Under the pieces are notes generated by a model. It saw only the letters and a program-made list of their open reading frames with translations, was not told where the DNA came from and did not search any database. A stretch of DNA of 64,000 nucleotides. It comes from Pirellulales bacterium (GTDB lineage Bacteria; Planctomycetota; Planctomycetia; Pirellulales; PALSA-1355). Numbering within the stretch: position 1 is the stretch's first letter; the number at the start of each line of letters is the position of its first letter. Below are positions 10,385 through 19,148 of the stretch, one piece after another. The stretch covers positions 384,001 to 448,000 of the forward strand of contig CAVTBU010000005.1 in assembly GCA_963733035.1 (NCBI GenBank), written 5' to 3'. A program made the position numbers and the translations under genes.

Positions 10385-10725
10385 CAGCCTTTTAGCTCGT
10401 CAGCCCGATCGACGTCGACCGTCGAATGGTTGTTGTAAAAGTTCAAAACAATGGCCAGCGCCACGGCGGCCTCCGCAGCAGCCAGCACGATTACAAACAG
10501 GGCGATCAACTGCCCATCGAGGCCCACTCCGATCATGCCGGGTCGCAAGTAGTCGCTGCCGAAGGCCACGAAATTCACGTTCGCACCGTTGAGCACTAGC
10601 TCGATGCCCATCAGAACGCCCAGGGCATTGCGCTTGGTGGCCATGCAGAGAGCACCCGTGACAAACAGGATCGCACCAACGATTAAATAATGCGACACGC
10701 CGACCGGCTGGGTAAGAAGGTTCAT
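10384..10725 (-). CDS. nuoK: NADH-quinone oxidoreductase subunit K
   Basis: LMGIELVLNGANVNFVAF, AAAEAAVALA. Confidence 0.95.
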   Translation of the reverse strand: MNLLTQPVGVSHYLIVGAILFVTGALCMATKRNALGVLMGIELVLNGANVNFVAFGSDYLRPGMIGVGLDGQLIALFVIVLAAAEAAVALAIVLNFYNNHSTVDVDRADELKG

Positions 10726-11321
10726 TGCAGGCCCTCCAACGAGCCGGGCTGAACGCGTTTCTTGGGCCGGGCCAGATAAGCCGAACCGACCAGCACGACC
10801 AGCAGATGCACCGAGACGATTTCAAACGGCAGCAGATAGCCCGACATGCCCCCGCGCTGCGTGGGATCCTGTTCTTCGAGCTTGTCCACCCGGGCACCGA
10901 GCAGAGCAAAACCAAGCCGGGTGGCGGTTGGCCGAGGCTCGCCGTCGATGGCGGCGGCAGGCTGCCAGGCGCGGATGCTTGTGGCGGCCGACAGCAATAC
11001 GACCAGCAGCGCCCCGCCGACCAGCACGCTGAGCATCCACTCGCCAGCCGAGGTCTTCATCGAGATGAACGGCCCCTTGGCCGTTAACATGACGCCGAAG
11101 ATCAATAGCACGAGTGTTCCGCCCACGTAGATCATGATCTGCATGGCGCCGACAAAATCCGCGCCCGCCAAAAAGAACAGGCCGCTCGTCGCCGCCAGCG
11201 AGATCACCAGATAGAAAGCCATTCGGACCACATTGCTGGTAACCAACACGGCAATCGAAAAACTGCACGCAACCAGCGCGAACAGCAAGAAAAACACGGA
11301 ATGCCAGTTAATTGGTTCCAC
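10722..11321 (-). CDS. nuoJ: NADH-quinone oxidoreductase subunit J
   Basis: QIMIYVGGTLVLLIFGVML, YLLPFEIVSVHLLV. GTG start at 11321 or 11330. Confidence 0.93.
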   Translation of the reverse strand: MEPINWHSVFFLLFALVACSFSIAVLVTSNVVRMAFYLVISLAATSGLFFLAGADFVGAMQIMIYVGGTLVLLIFGVMLTAKGPFISMKTSAGEWMLSVLVGGALLVVLLSAATSIRAWQPAAAIDGEPRPTATRLGFALLGARVDKLEEQDPTQRGGMSGYLLPFEIVSVHLLVVLVGSAYLARPKKRVQPGSLEGLQ

Positions 11322-12567
11322 GACCCGCACCTACCTGTTTCGTCTTGGCGACACTGGCTTGAGCTACACGGGTTGCCCGAGGACTGGACTCGATGGCGGC
11401 TGTTTCCTCTCCGGAAACCAGCTGCGTTTGTGCCTCGCGGACCAAACCCTGATCGCTTTGTAGGATCAATCCTCCGGGAAGCAGAAACCGCCACACGACG
11501 GCGCCGGCAAACATGAAGGCCGCCAGCGGCGTGCAGTATTTCAAACAGGTGGTCATAACCTGATCGATTCGCAAGCGGGGGAGCGTCCACCGCACCCACA
11601 TCATGAACGTCACGCCAAAGATGCACTTGCCGATGAAGTTCAGCATGCCCAGGAAGTTGCCGAGGTAGTGTAAAACCGGATTGGCCGAGTCCGCCAGACC
11701 CAGCCAGTGCGTGATCGGCAACGGTCCGTTCCAGCCGCCGAAAAACAGGATCGCGGCCAGGCCGCTGACGGCGAACATCGAGCCGTACTCGGCCATGAAA
11801 AAAATGCTCCACCGCAGGCCTGAATATTCGGTATGGAAGCCGGCCACCAGTTCACTTTCGGCTTCGGCCAAGTCAAACGGGGCGCGGTTCACACTGGCCG
11901 TGGCGCAGGTGAAGTAGACCCAGAAGGTGATGAACGTGAACGGATCGTTGAAGACATACCAGTGCGTGAACCAGCCCAGCTGTGCCGGGCCGGCGGTTTG
12001 CATTTGGGCAATCGACACCAGATCCATGGTGCCCGCCAATAGCACCGGCACGACAACACACATGCCGAGCGGCACTTCGTAACTGACAACCTGAGCCGCT
12101 TCGCGCATGGCGCCGAATAGCGACCATTTGGACGCCGAGGCATAACCGGCCAGAATTACGCCAAACACCTCGATGCCCAAGACTGCGACGATGAAGAACA
12201 CGGCAACGTTTAAGCGAATGGCTACCCAGCCATCGGCAAACGGCAGCGCCATGTAGGCTGCGTACGACGCACAAAAACTGATGTACGGCGCCAGCAGGAA
12301 CAACATGCGGTCGGCGCCGGCCGGACAGAGGTCTTCCTTGGTGATGAGTTTCAGACCGTCGGCCAGCGTTTGCAGCCAGCCGAACTTGCCGCCGACGCGC
12401 GTCGGGCCGAGGCGGTCTTGAATTCGGCCCGAGACCTTGCGTTCCAGCCAGATGAACACCAGGGCCCCCACGGCCACCAGGTTCACCAGCAAAAAACCGT
12501 GCACGAAAGCAGCGATCGCGTAGGCGAGCCACTCGGGCGACAGATACTGTTTGAGAAATTCAGCCAC
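11308..12567 (-). CDS. nuoH: NADH-quinone oxidoreductase subunit H
   Basis: ERKVSGRIQDRLGPTRVG, LADGLKLITKE, NRAPFDLAEAESELVAGFHTEYSG, RWTLPRLRIDQ. Confidence 0.96.
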   Translation of the reverse strand: MAEFLKQYLSPEWLAYAIAAFVHGFLLVNLVAVGALVFIWLERKVSGRIQDRLGPTRVGGKFGWLQTLADGLKLITKEDLCPAGADRMLFLLAPYISFCASYAAYMALPFADGWVAIRLNVAVFFIVAVLGIEVFGVILAGYASASKWSLFGAMREAAQVVSYEVPLGMCVVVPVLLAGTMDLVSIAQMQTAGPAQLGWFTHWYVFNDPFTFITFWVYFTCATASVNRAPFDLAEAESELVAGFHTEYSGLRWSIFFMAEYGSMFAVSGLAAILFFGGWNGPLPITHWLGLADSANPVLHYLGNFLGMLNFIGKCIFGVTFMMWVRWTLPRLRIDQVMTTCLKYCTPLAAFMFAGAVVWRFLLPGGLILQSDQGLVREAQTQLVSGEETAAIESSPRATRVAQASVAKTKQVGAGRGTN

Positions 12568-12896
12568 CGATTTGATCCTGCAGCTTCGAGACCCTGGCCC
12601 GCAGCTGGGGTGAAACGCGATTAATCTGCCCGGTCGTCGCGGTAACGCGTGCCGTGAATGCCCCTTGAGGACAGTTCTAAGATCGTGAAATATCGCACAA
12701 ACTACCCCGCACCGACAAGCCCCTCGTCGTCCAACTTTTTTGTGTCGGCCGAGCGTCGGCCGCTACAACTGCTCGCTGCTCAACAGCATTTCCCCGCAGC
12801 GGGGGCTTGTTCGCCGAAAGCGCAGCGTTTCGTTTCGTTAAACCCCGATCAAATCGGGCAGACTCAGAATTGGACCAGTCTAAACGGCAAGGTGAC

Positions 12897-14105
12897 TCAC
12901 CGGTCAATTTCTCCCATCACGATGTCGAGCGAACCGACGATCGCCGGCACGTCCGCAATTAGGCAACCGCGGCACAGGTCGTGCGTGACCGACAAGTTGC
13001 AGAACGAACTGCTGCGCGCCCGCACCCGCGACGGAATCGCTCCGCTGCCGTTACTTACGATGTAAAAGCCCATTTGACCGCGTGGCGCCTCGGTTTCCAT
13101 GTAGGCCTCCCCCTTGGGAAGCTTCTCGGTGAGCTTGACCGGAATGCCCCATGAACCGCTGCACATGCTGTAGCGATCAATCGCCTGGCGGCAAAGGTCC
13201 ATCGACTGCATCACCTCGAGCATCCGCACATAGAAGCGGTGCCAACAATCTCCCAAAACGGCGCTTTTGGGTACCGGCGGATAGTGGTGGTCCTTGGGAT
13301 AGTGGCCCTCCTTTTCCACAATCACCTCGAAGGCATAGCCGTCGTACATCTCGGTGTAACGCTGCTCGCCGTCGCGGCGGAGGTCGTAATCGACCCCGGA
13401 ACCGCGGAGCACAGGACCGGTGCAGCCAAAGTCGATCGCCTTTTCGGCCGACATGACGCCGATATTAGCCGTGCGGCGGACGAAAATCGCATTCGTGGTC
13501 AATAGCGCGTGATACTCATCGATCACGGGACGCAACTGGTCGAGAAACGTTTCGAGCTTCTGTAGCCAGCCGGGGGGCAAGTCGGCCGTGGCCCCGCCGA
13601 CGGTGAGATAGCTATAAGTGAGCCGCGCGCCGCACACATCCTCGAACAGGTCAAGAATCTTCTCACGCTCGCGGAAGGCATACAAGAACGGACTGAACGT
13701 GCCCAGATCGAGCCCATAGGCGCCCATGCCGACAAGATGGCTGGCAATGCGACCCAGTTCGGCGATCACGACCCGCAGATGACGAGCCTTCTCGGGCAGT
13801 TCGAGGTTCATCAACTTTTCGACGGTCAGCGCCCAGCCGAGATTCATGTTCATGCCGGCCAGGTAGTCCATCCGGTCGGTGTACGGAATCCATTGCCGGG
13901 GCGTGAGGTTTTCGCCGATTTTCTCGGCGCAGCGATGCAGGTAGCCGATGTGCGGCGTGACTTCCGAAACCACTTCTCCGTCGGTACGCAGCACCAACCG
14001 CAATACACCGTGCGTGCTGGGATGCTGAGGTCCCATGTTGACGAGCATCTCGTCGGTACGAACGTCGAATTCAATGATTCGCGGATCGTCTAGTTGCGTG
14101 GCCAT
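12897..14105 (-). CDS. nuoD: NADH-quinone oxidoreductase subunit D
   Basis: NMGPQHPSTHGVLRL, IGYLHRCAEK, DRMDY, EAPRG, GSLDIVMGEIDR. No NiFe-binding CxxC pairs. Confidence 0.95.
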   Translation of the reverse strand: MATQLDDPRIIEFDVRTDEMLVNMGPQHPSTHGVLRLVLRTDGEVVSEVTPHIGYLHRCAEKIGENLTPRQWIPYTDRMDYLAGMNMNLGWALTVEKLMNLELPEKARHLRVVIAELGRIASHLVGMGAYGLDLGTFSPFLYAFREREKILDLFEDVCGARLTYSYLTVGGATADLPPGWLQKLETFLDQLRPVIDEYHALLTTNAIFVRRTANIGVMSAEKAIDFGCTGPVLRGSGVDYDLRRDGEQRYTEMYDGYAFEVIVEKEGHYPKDHHYPPVPKSAVLGDCWHRFYVRMLEVMQSMDLCRQAIDRYSMCSGSWGIPVKLTEKLPKGEAYMETEAPRGQMGFYIVSNGSGAIPSRVRARSSSFCNLSVTHDLCRGCLIADVPAIVGSLDIVMGEIDR

Positions 14106-14156
14106 TTTGGCTTGTCTTTTAGTGGCTGTTGATTAGGGGGCGCATACGACGATGCG

Positions 14157-14687
14157 TTAGCGTCCGCGGATGCCGTGGTATTCGAGTGGGAATTCGTAAT
14201 CTTTTCGCAAGGGATGTCCGACCCAGTCTTCGGGGCAGAGGATCCGCCGCAGATCGGGATGATCGGTGAAGCGGACGCCGATCAGGTCGAACACCTCCCG
14301 TTCGTGCCACTCGGCCGTGCTCCAGACTCCGCTGACCGAAGGAACCTCCGGCAAGTCGCCCGCCTTATCGTCTTTCCAGCGTGGAACGAGCACCTTGAGT
14401 ACGAGTGTCGTTTTGTACGGCAGGCTAGACAGGTGATAAACCACTTCGATGTGCGGCTGCCAGTCGACCTTGGCAGCCTTCTTTGCATCGGGCTCGAAAT
14501 AGTCAACGCCCGAAACGCAATTGCACATATTGAACCGCAAGTCCGGTTCGTCGCGCAGATACTTGCAGACGTTCACGAGACCGGTGGGGGAAACTTCGAC
14601 CCAGGGATCGATTGCCGTCAGATCGGCTCCGATGATCGTGTCGCCAAACTCCTGCTTCAGCCGGTCGAGAAACGCTTGTCCGCTCAT
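14157..14687 (-). CDS. nuoC: NADH-quinone oxidoreductase subunit C
   Basis: SGVDY, AEWHEREVFDLIGVRF, HPDLRRIL, WVGHPLRKDY. Confidence 0.94.
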   Translation of the reverse strand: MSGQAFLDRLKQEFGDTIIGADLTAIDPWVEVSPTGLVNVCKYLRDEPDLRFNMCNCVSGVDYFEPDAKKAAKVDWQPHIEVVYHLSSLPYKTTLVLKVLVPRWKDDKAGDLPEVPSVSGVWSTAEWHEREVFDLIGVRFTDHPDLRRILCPEDWVGHPLRKDYEFPLEYHGIRGR

Positions 14688-14753
14688 TTGGGTGCTGGTG
14701 ACTAATGTGAAAGGGATGCCATTGCGGTCTCAAACCAGGCAGAAACACAAATG

Positions 14754-15401
14754 CTACGCCGATACGACCGGCTGTTGCTCGGAAACCAGTGACGGAGCGC
14801 GCGGCCGCGCCTCGAGCGCCCGCTCCTTGCTAAGCGCGCGGACCCAATCCAAATCGCCTCGCCGCCACACGTAGGCGAATCCGACCAAGAGCACGGCGAA
14901 AAATACGGCGATATCGATCATTGAAAACAGCGCGATCCGCCGGCTCAAATCCTCGACAGCGCGACTCGTTTTTTGCTGCGCACTAAGTCCTTGGGCCTCG
15001 GCCGCCAGTTCTTTCGGCAATGGCGGAACAGTCGGCTCAGCCACTCCCATTTCGATGATCACGGCTTTGGCGTGGGGTGTTAGTTCACCTTGCGCCGTGG
15101 CTTTCGGCATGTTGGGATCCATCAGGTGCGTGGCCTTGCCATACACGGTGGCCCACGGAAAAAAGAACGCGACTTCCACGTCGAAGATGATGAACAACAG
15201 CGCGACCACGTAAAATCGCAGATCAAACTGCACGAAGCTTGACCCGATCGTGGGCTCGCCGCACTCATAGACTTCGAGCTTCTCGCGGTTCGGTTCGCTG
15301 GGCCGCAGGAAGCGCCCGACGACGAGCGTGACGAATAAGAACAGGAAACCCAACGTCGCAAAAAAGGCGATATAGGCCGCGACGGCAGTGGGCGACGCCA
15401 T
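14754..15401 (-). CDS. nuoA: NADH-quinone oxidoreductase subunit A (extended)
   Basis: YECGEP, RFYVVALLFIIFDVE, YVWRRGDLDW, with a ~60-aa insertion before the last TM helix. Start chosen at MASPTAVAAY. Confidence 0.92.
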   Translation of the reverse strand: MASPTAVAAYIAFFATLGFLFLFVTLVVGRFLRPSEPNREKLEVYECGEPTIGSSFVQFDLRFYVVALLFIIFDVEVAFFFPWATVYGKATHLMDPNMPKATAQGELTPHAKAVIIEMGVAEPTVPPLPKELAAEAQGLSAQQKTSRAVEDLSRRIALFSMIDIAVFFAVLLVGFAYVWRRGDLDWVRALSKERALEARPRAPSLVSEQQPVVSA

Positions 15402-15621
15402 GGTTTGTATTTCCCTCAATAGCCAATTCCGGGCACGGCGGAACGGCATGCCTGCCTTGAGATCAAGCGGCGACTCCTGACGACGTCGACCACCGAACAG
15501 CAAGGCTCAAAACCGGTGCGAATTGCAACCGCTCAGGTCGCCGAATGCGACGCAGAGACGACCGCCGTCCGCACCACGGAAAGGTGCATTCTAAAAGAGG
15601 GCACCGGCTGCTGGCAAGCGG

Positions 15622-16101
15622 TCACAGCGAGTCGTCTTGTTGCTCGTCGTCGTCTTGCCCGTCGCCGTCGGCAACGGCGCTGCCAGCCACCAAGGACTGG
15701 CGCCCGGCAAAACCAGCCTGCAACTCGTGCCAGTGCGTTACCTCGGGTTCGCCGAGTTTCCAGCACAAAAACACGACGCGATCGTCCATCAAGCAGGGAA
15801 AATCGACCAACCCTTCCGGGCCGCTCTTGGGTTCGACGCCCAATTCGCGCAGTTCGTCCACATACGCTTGCAACTGCTCGCTGTCCTTGTCGAGTTCTTC
15901 CTCAATTTGGGCCAATTCCTCGGAGTACAGGTCCTTGGCCGCGGAGCTTCGGCCCGTCGAAAGCAGGGCCAACCGCTCGCGACGCTCCATCACCTCGCGC
16001 GACAACTGCACCAAATCAGACGTGATGGCACGGACCAGCGGCAACACGGCATTGGCTTGTTCAACCGTAAACAGCTTCGTCGGGCGATAGGCGTCGGACA
16101 T
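15622..16101 (-). CDS. DUF2203 family protein
   Basis: FTVEQANAVLPLV, GLVDFP, VFLCWKLGEPEVTHWH, GFAGRQ are typical DUF2203 motifs. Confidence 0.85.
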   Translation of the reverse strand: MSDAYRPTKLFTVEQANAVLPLVRAITSDLVQLSREVMERRERLALLSTGRSSAAKDLYSEELAQIEEELDKDSEQLQAYVDELRELGVEPKSGPEGLVDFPCLMDDRVVFLCWKLGEPEVTHWHELQAGFAGRQSLVAGSAVADGDGQDDDEQQDDSL

Positions 16102-16169
16102 GAACTTCACTCGCACTTTCAGGGTGTCGTGAGTCGTGGGCCTGCGCTACGCTACTGGCAGGCTCGCAA

Positions 16170-16697
16170 CTACTGGTTCGGTCCGCCATGAACAGGTTCC
16201 ACAATCACCTTCGACGCGGCCACGGCCGTGGGATTCAGCGTCGACTTGCCCCAGGCCACGTCGACGGGCAGCCGCGCAAAGTCCACCAGACATCCGTCGC
16301 GGCTATAGCAGCTCAGGTCGTGCGTCGCACCCATAAAGATACAATCCACCGGACAAGGTTCGACGCACAAAGCGCAGAACATGCACTTTGAGTAGTCGAT
16401 GGTGAATCCGGTGACCTTGAAGCCCTTACCGGTCGTCACCCGTTCTTTGCCAATATAAATGCAGTCGACGGGGCACGCTTTTGCGCACTGGTCGCAAGCG
16501 ATGCAGGTCGTCAGGTCATAACGGTGAAATCCGCGGTAGCGAGCCGACACCGGCACGGGCAACTCGGGATACTCAAAGTGCTCGGTGAACGTTTTTCGCT
16601 CGGGCTGATAAGTAATCAGCCAATAGCGAAGCGTAACCCACATGCCGTAGGCCACGGTGTAAACGGCGTCCCAAATATCACGCAACCACCGGCCCAT
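16170..16697 (-). CDS. nuoI: NADH-quinone oxidoreductase subunit I (2x[4Fe-4S])
   Basis: YPE...RYRGFH, CIACDQCAKACP, IDYSKCMFCALCVEPCP. Confidence 0.93.
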   Translation of the reverse strand: MGRWLRDIWDAVYTVAYGMWVTLRYWLITYQPERKTFTEHFEYPELPVPVSARYRGFHRYDLTTCIACDQCAKACPVDCIYIGKERVTTGKGFKVTGFTIDYSKCMFCALCVEPCPVDCIFMGATHDLSCYSRDGCLVDFARLPVDVAWGKSTLNPTAVAASKVIVEPVHGGPNQ

Positions 16698-16805
16698 GTG
16701 CGCTCTCAATCGCGGCTGTATTACAGGAATTACTATCTCGCTCGTGAACCACCGGCGAAGGCGCGGCGAGCCCTTCGGAAACCGCCATGAATCGCGAGTT
16801 GTTTT

Positions 16806-16833
16806 ATTATAGGCAGCGCGCGATAGCCCGCAA
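16806..16833 (-). promoter_or_regulatory. Putative sigma70 promoter of the nuo operon
   Basis: Minus strand TTGCGG-N16-TATAAT, ~110 nt upstream of nuoI. Confidence 0.5.
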
Positions 16834-17362
16834 GCGACGTTGAAGTTGGACGCCTTGAACTGTGTGTTTTTCCCGGGGATTTCGCGGTGTTACGACCAAA
16901 CCAGAGTTCGGCGCAGCGCGCTCGGCGACTTGCTGCCGCCGCGCGACACGTCATCCAGCCATCGATCGCCACGGTGGCGTTTCTGGAAAGTCCGCCCGGC
17001 TGGCAAGCAACACCATGTTCCAAGTCGTGGTCGGTGTACGGCGCTGCTGCCCAGCACGTTTCGTGTGACCCTCACTTTGGCCCATGCCCCCCGGCGATTG
17101 GCCACCGCTTGTCTCACGCGGGGGGCGGCCGATTGCGAACTCCCGTTTGCCGGAATGTCCCTCGGGTCGAGTGCGCTTGTGGCCAGAAAACTGTCTGGGG
17201 TAGACCGACGTTTGTCACATTCGACGCGCATCAATGGAGCGAACATCGTGTCAAGCCTGGAAATATAGGAAGACCTTGCTGGGTAATGGCCGGGAGCGCA
17301 GAGCGGTCGGGGCGAACCATTGCGCATACGCGCGTAATAATTATGGGCAAAATGGTGTTGCC

Positions 17363-17406
17363 TTGGCACCGTCCATGCTTGACTCCCCTATTTCGCTACG
17401 TAGAGT
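17363..17406 (+). promoter_or_regulatory. Adjacent putative sigma54 (-24/-12) and sigma70 promoters upstream of csrA
   Basis: TTGGCACCGTCCATGCT (GG-N10-GC) at 17363-17379; TTGACT-N16-TAGAGT at 17379-17406. Confidence 0.45.
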
Positions 17407-17550
17407 GAATATTAGCAAGAGCCGGTGCGCGCGTAGTCACCATGGCGTCTGGTTGCCTTGGGGGGGGATGTTGCGACGCGTGTTGTCGGCTCGTGCCAGG
17501 GGTGCAAGACAGAAAAAAGGAAGCCCCGGACAACCATCGAAGGAATGGCC

Positions 17551-17769
17551 ATGTTGGTTCTATCTCGCAAGAAGAACGAGAGTATCGTCATCAACAATGA
17601 CATCACGATTGTCGTCGTGGAAATCCGCGGCGACAAGGTGCGGCTGGGCGTTGAAGCGCCAAAGGAAGTGCCGGTTCACCGTCGCGAGGTCTATGACGCG
17701 ATTCACCGCGACGAGATGACGCCCACGAAGAAATCGGACGCGCAGAACAACGGCTCATCGGAAGCCTGA
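17551..17769 (+). CDS. csrA: Carbon storage regulator CsrA
   Basis: MLVLSRKKNESIVINNDITIVVVEIRGDKVRLGVEAPKEVPVHRREVY; preceded by an AAGGA Shine-Dalgarno. Confidence 0.96.
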   Translation: MLVLSRKKNESIVINNDITIVVVEIRGDKVRLGVEAPKEVPVHRREVYDAIHRDEMTPTKKSDAQNNGSSEA

Positions 17770-17948
17770 TTCGTGCACTTTGACCGGAACAGTTGAAAAC
17801 GTCTCCCTGTCACGTTCCGTCGGTGCGCATTTCTAGCGATCTCGCCCGCGACGCTTCGCAAGCTTCGCCGCAGGCAGCACTTGACGAACTCGTGGGAATG
17901 ACCATCATACACCGGTGTCTGCGGCACAACCGCACGTGCCGCCCGCCT

Positions 17949-18023
17949 GGCCCCGTCGTCTAGCCTGGTCTAGGACACCGGCCTTTCACGCCGATAACAC
18001 GGGTTCAAATCCCGTCGGGGTCA
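17949..18023 (+). tRNA. tRNA-Glu(TTC)
   Basis: Acceptor stem GGCCCCG/CGGGGTC, anticodon loop CTTTCAC, T-loop GGTTCAAATCC. CCA not encoded. Confidence 0.95.
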
Positions 18024-18101
18024 CTATTTCCATTCCCGTCCGAGCGTTCGCGTGACTCACCGCGACGACTGCCACTCGGGCCGTTCCATAAGGGTTGCCT
18101 G

Positions 18102-19142
18102 GTGACGCATCCCGACGACGCTCCCCCGCCCTACGATGCCGTCTTGGTCGTTTCATTCGGTGGACCCGAAGGCCCGGACGACGTGCTCCCCTTTCTGGAG
18201 AACGTGCTTCGTGGGAAGAATGTTCCTCGCGAGCGAATGCTCGAAGTCGCGGAACACTATAGGCACTTTGGCGGCGTAAGCCCGCTGAACGCGCAAAACA
18301 GGAATCTCGTCGCCGCCTTGCAAACGGAGCTCGACACGCACGGGCTCCGCCTGCCGGTGTACTTTGGCAACCGAAATTGGCACCCCCTGCTGCCGGATAC
18401 GCTGGCCAAGATGGCCCGGGACGGCATACGCCGAGCGCTCGCCTTCTTCACTAGCGCTTACAGCTCCTACTCAGGATGCCGGCAATACCGCGAGAACATT
18501 GCCGCGGCCCAGCAGGTAGTCGGTCGCACGGCCCCCGCAGTTGAGAAATTGCGCGTGTTTTACAACCACCCCCGGTTCATCGATGCGATGGCCGATCGAG
18601 TGCGGGAGGCGTTGGACCAGATCCCGGCGGCACGCCAAGCTGCGGCGCGACTTGTTTATACGGCGCACAGCATTCCCAATTCGATGGCGGACCATTGCGA
18701 CTACGCCCTGCAAATCGCGGAAGCCGCGCGGCTGGTTTCCACGGCCGTCGGGACGACGAACTATCAAATCGCTTATCAAAGCCGTAGCGGCCCGCCACAA
18801 CAGCCGTGGCTAGGTCCCGACGTTTGCGACGTACTACGCGAATTAAAGAACACGACTGATACGCGCGACGTGGTCATCGTGCCGATTGGATTTGTCTCCG
18901 ACCACGTTGAAGTGCTATACGATCTGGACATCGAAGCCAGGCAAGTGGCCGAGGAACTAGAGCTCGATATGGTCCGCGCCGCAACCGTCGGTGGCCACTC
19001 CGACTTCGTCCGCATGATCCGAGACTTGATCGAGGAGCGTGTCCTAGACACGCCCAAAAAAGCAATCGGCCGGTTTGGACCCAGCCATGACGTCTGCCCG
19101 GTGGATTGCTGCCTCTACATTCCCGCGCGCCCGAAGAGCTAG
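18102..19142 (+). CDS. hemH: Ferrochelatase
   Basis: SFGGPEG, GGVSPLN, YTAHSIP, YQSRSG...WLGPD, PIGFVSDHVEVLYDLD, and a C-terminal CPVDCC. Confidence 0.93.
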   Translation: MTHPDDAPPPYDAVLVVSFGGPEGPDDVLPFLENVLRGKNVPRERMLEVAEHYRHFGGVSPLNAQNRNLVAALQTELDTHGLRLPVYFGNRNWHPLLPDTLAKMARDGIRRALAFFTSAYSSYSGCRQYRENIAAAQQVVGRTAPAVEKLRVFYNHPRFIDAMADRVREALDQIPAARQAAARLVYTAHSIPNSMADHCDYALQIAEAARLVSTAVGTTNYQIAYQSRSGPPQQPWLGPDVCDVLRELKNTTDTRDVVIVPIGFVSDHVEVLYDLDIEARQVAEELELDMVRAATVGGHSDFVRMIRDLIEERVLDTPKKAIGRFGPSHDVCPVDCCLYIPARPKS

Positions 19143-19148
19143 CGAGCG

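Noticed and set aside
12897..14105. NuoD as a group 4 [NiFe]-hydrogenase large subunit
   Set aside because: It lacks both CxxC Ni-binding motifs and has the NuoD quinone-site His/Tyr motifs and the GEIDR end.
16840..17500. CsrB/RsmZ-like sRNA next to csrA
   Set aside because: By rough count GGA motifs are no more frequent than expected at this GC content, and they are not in repeated hairpin loops.
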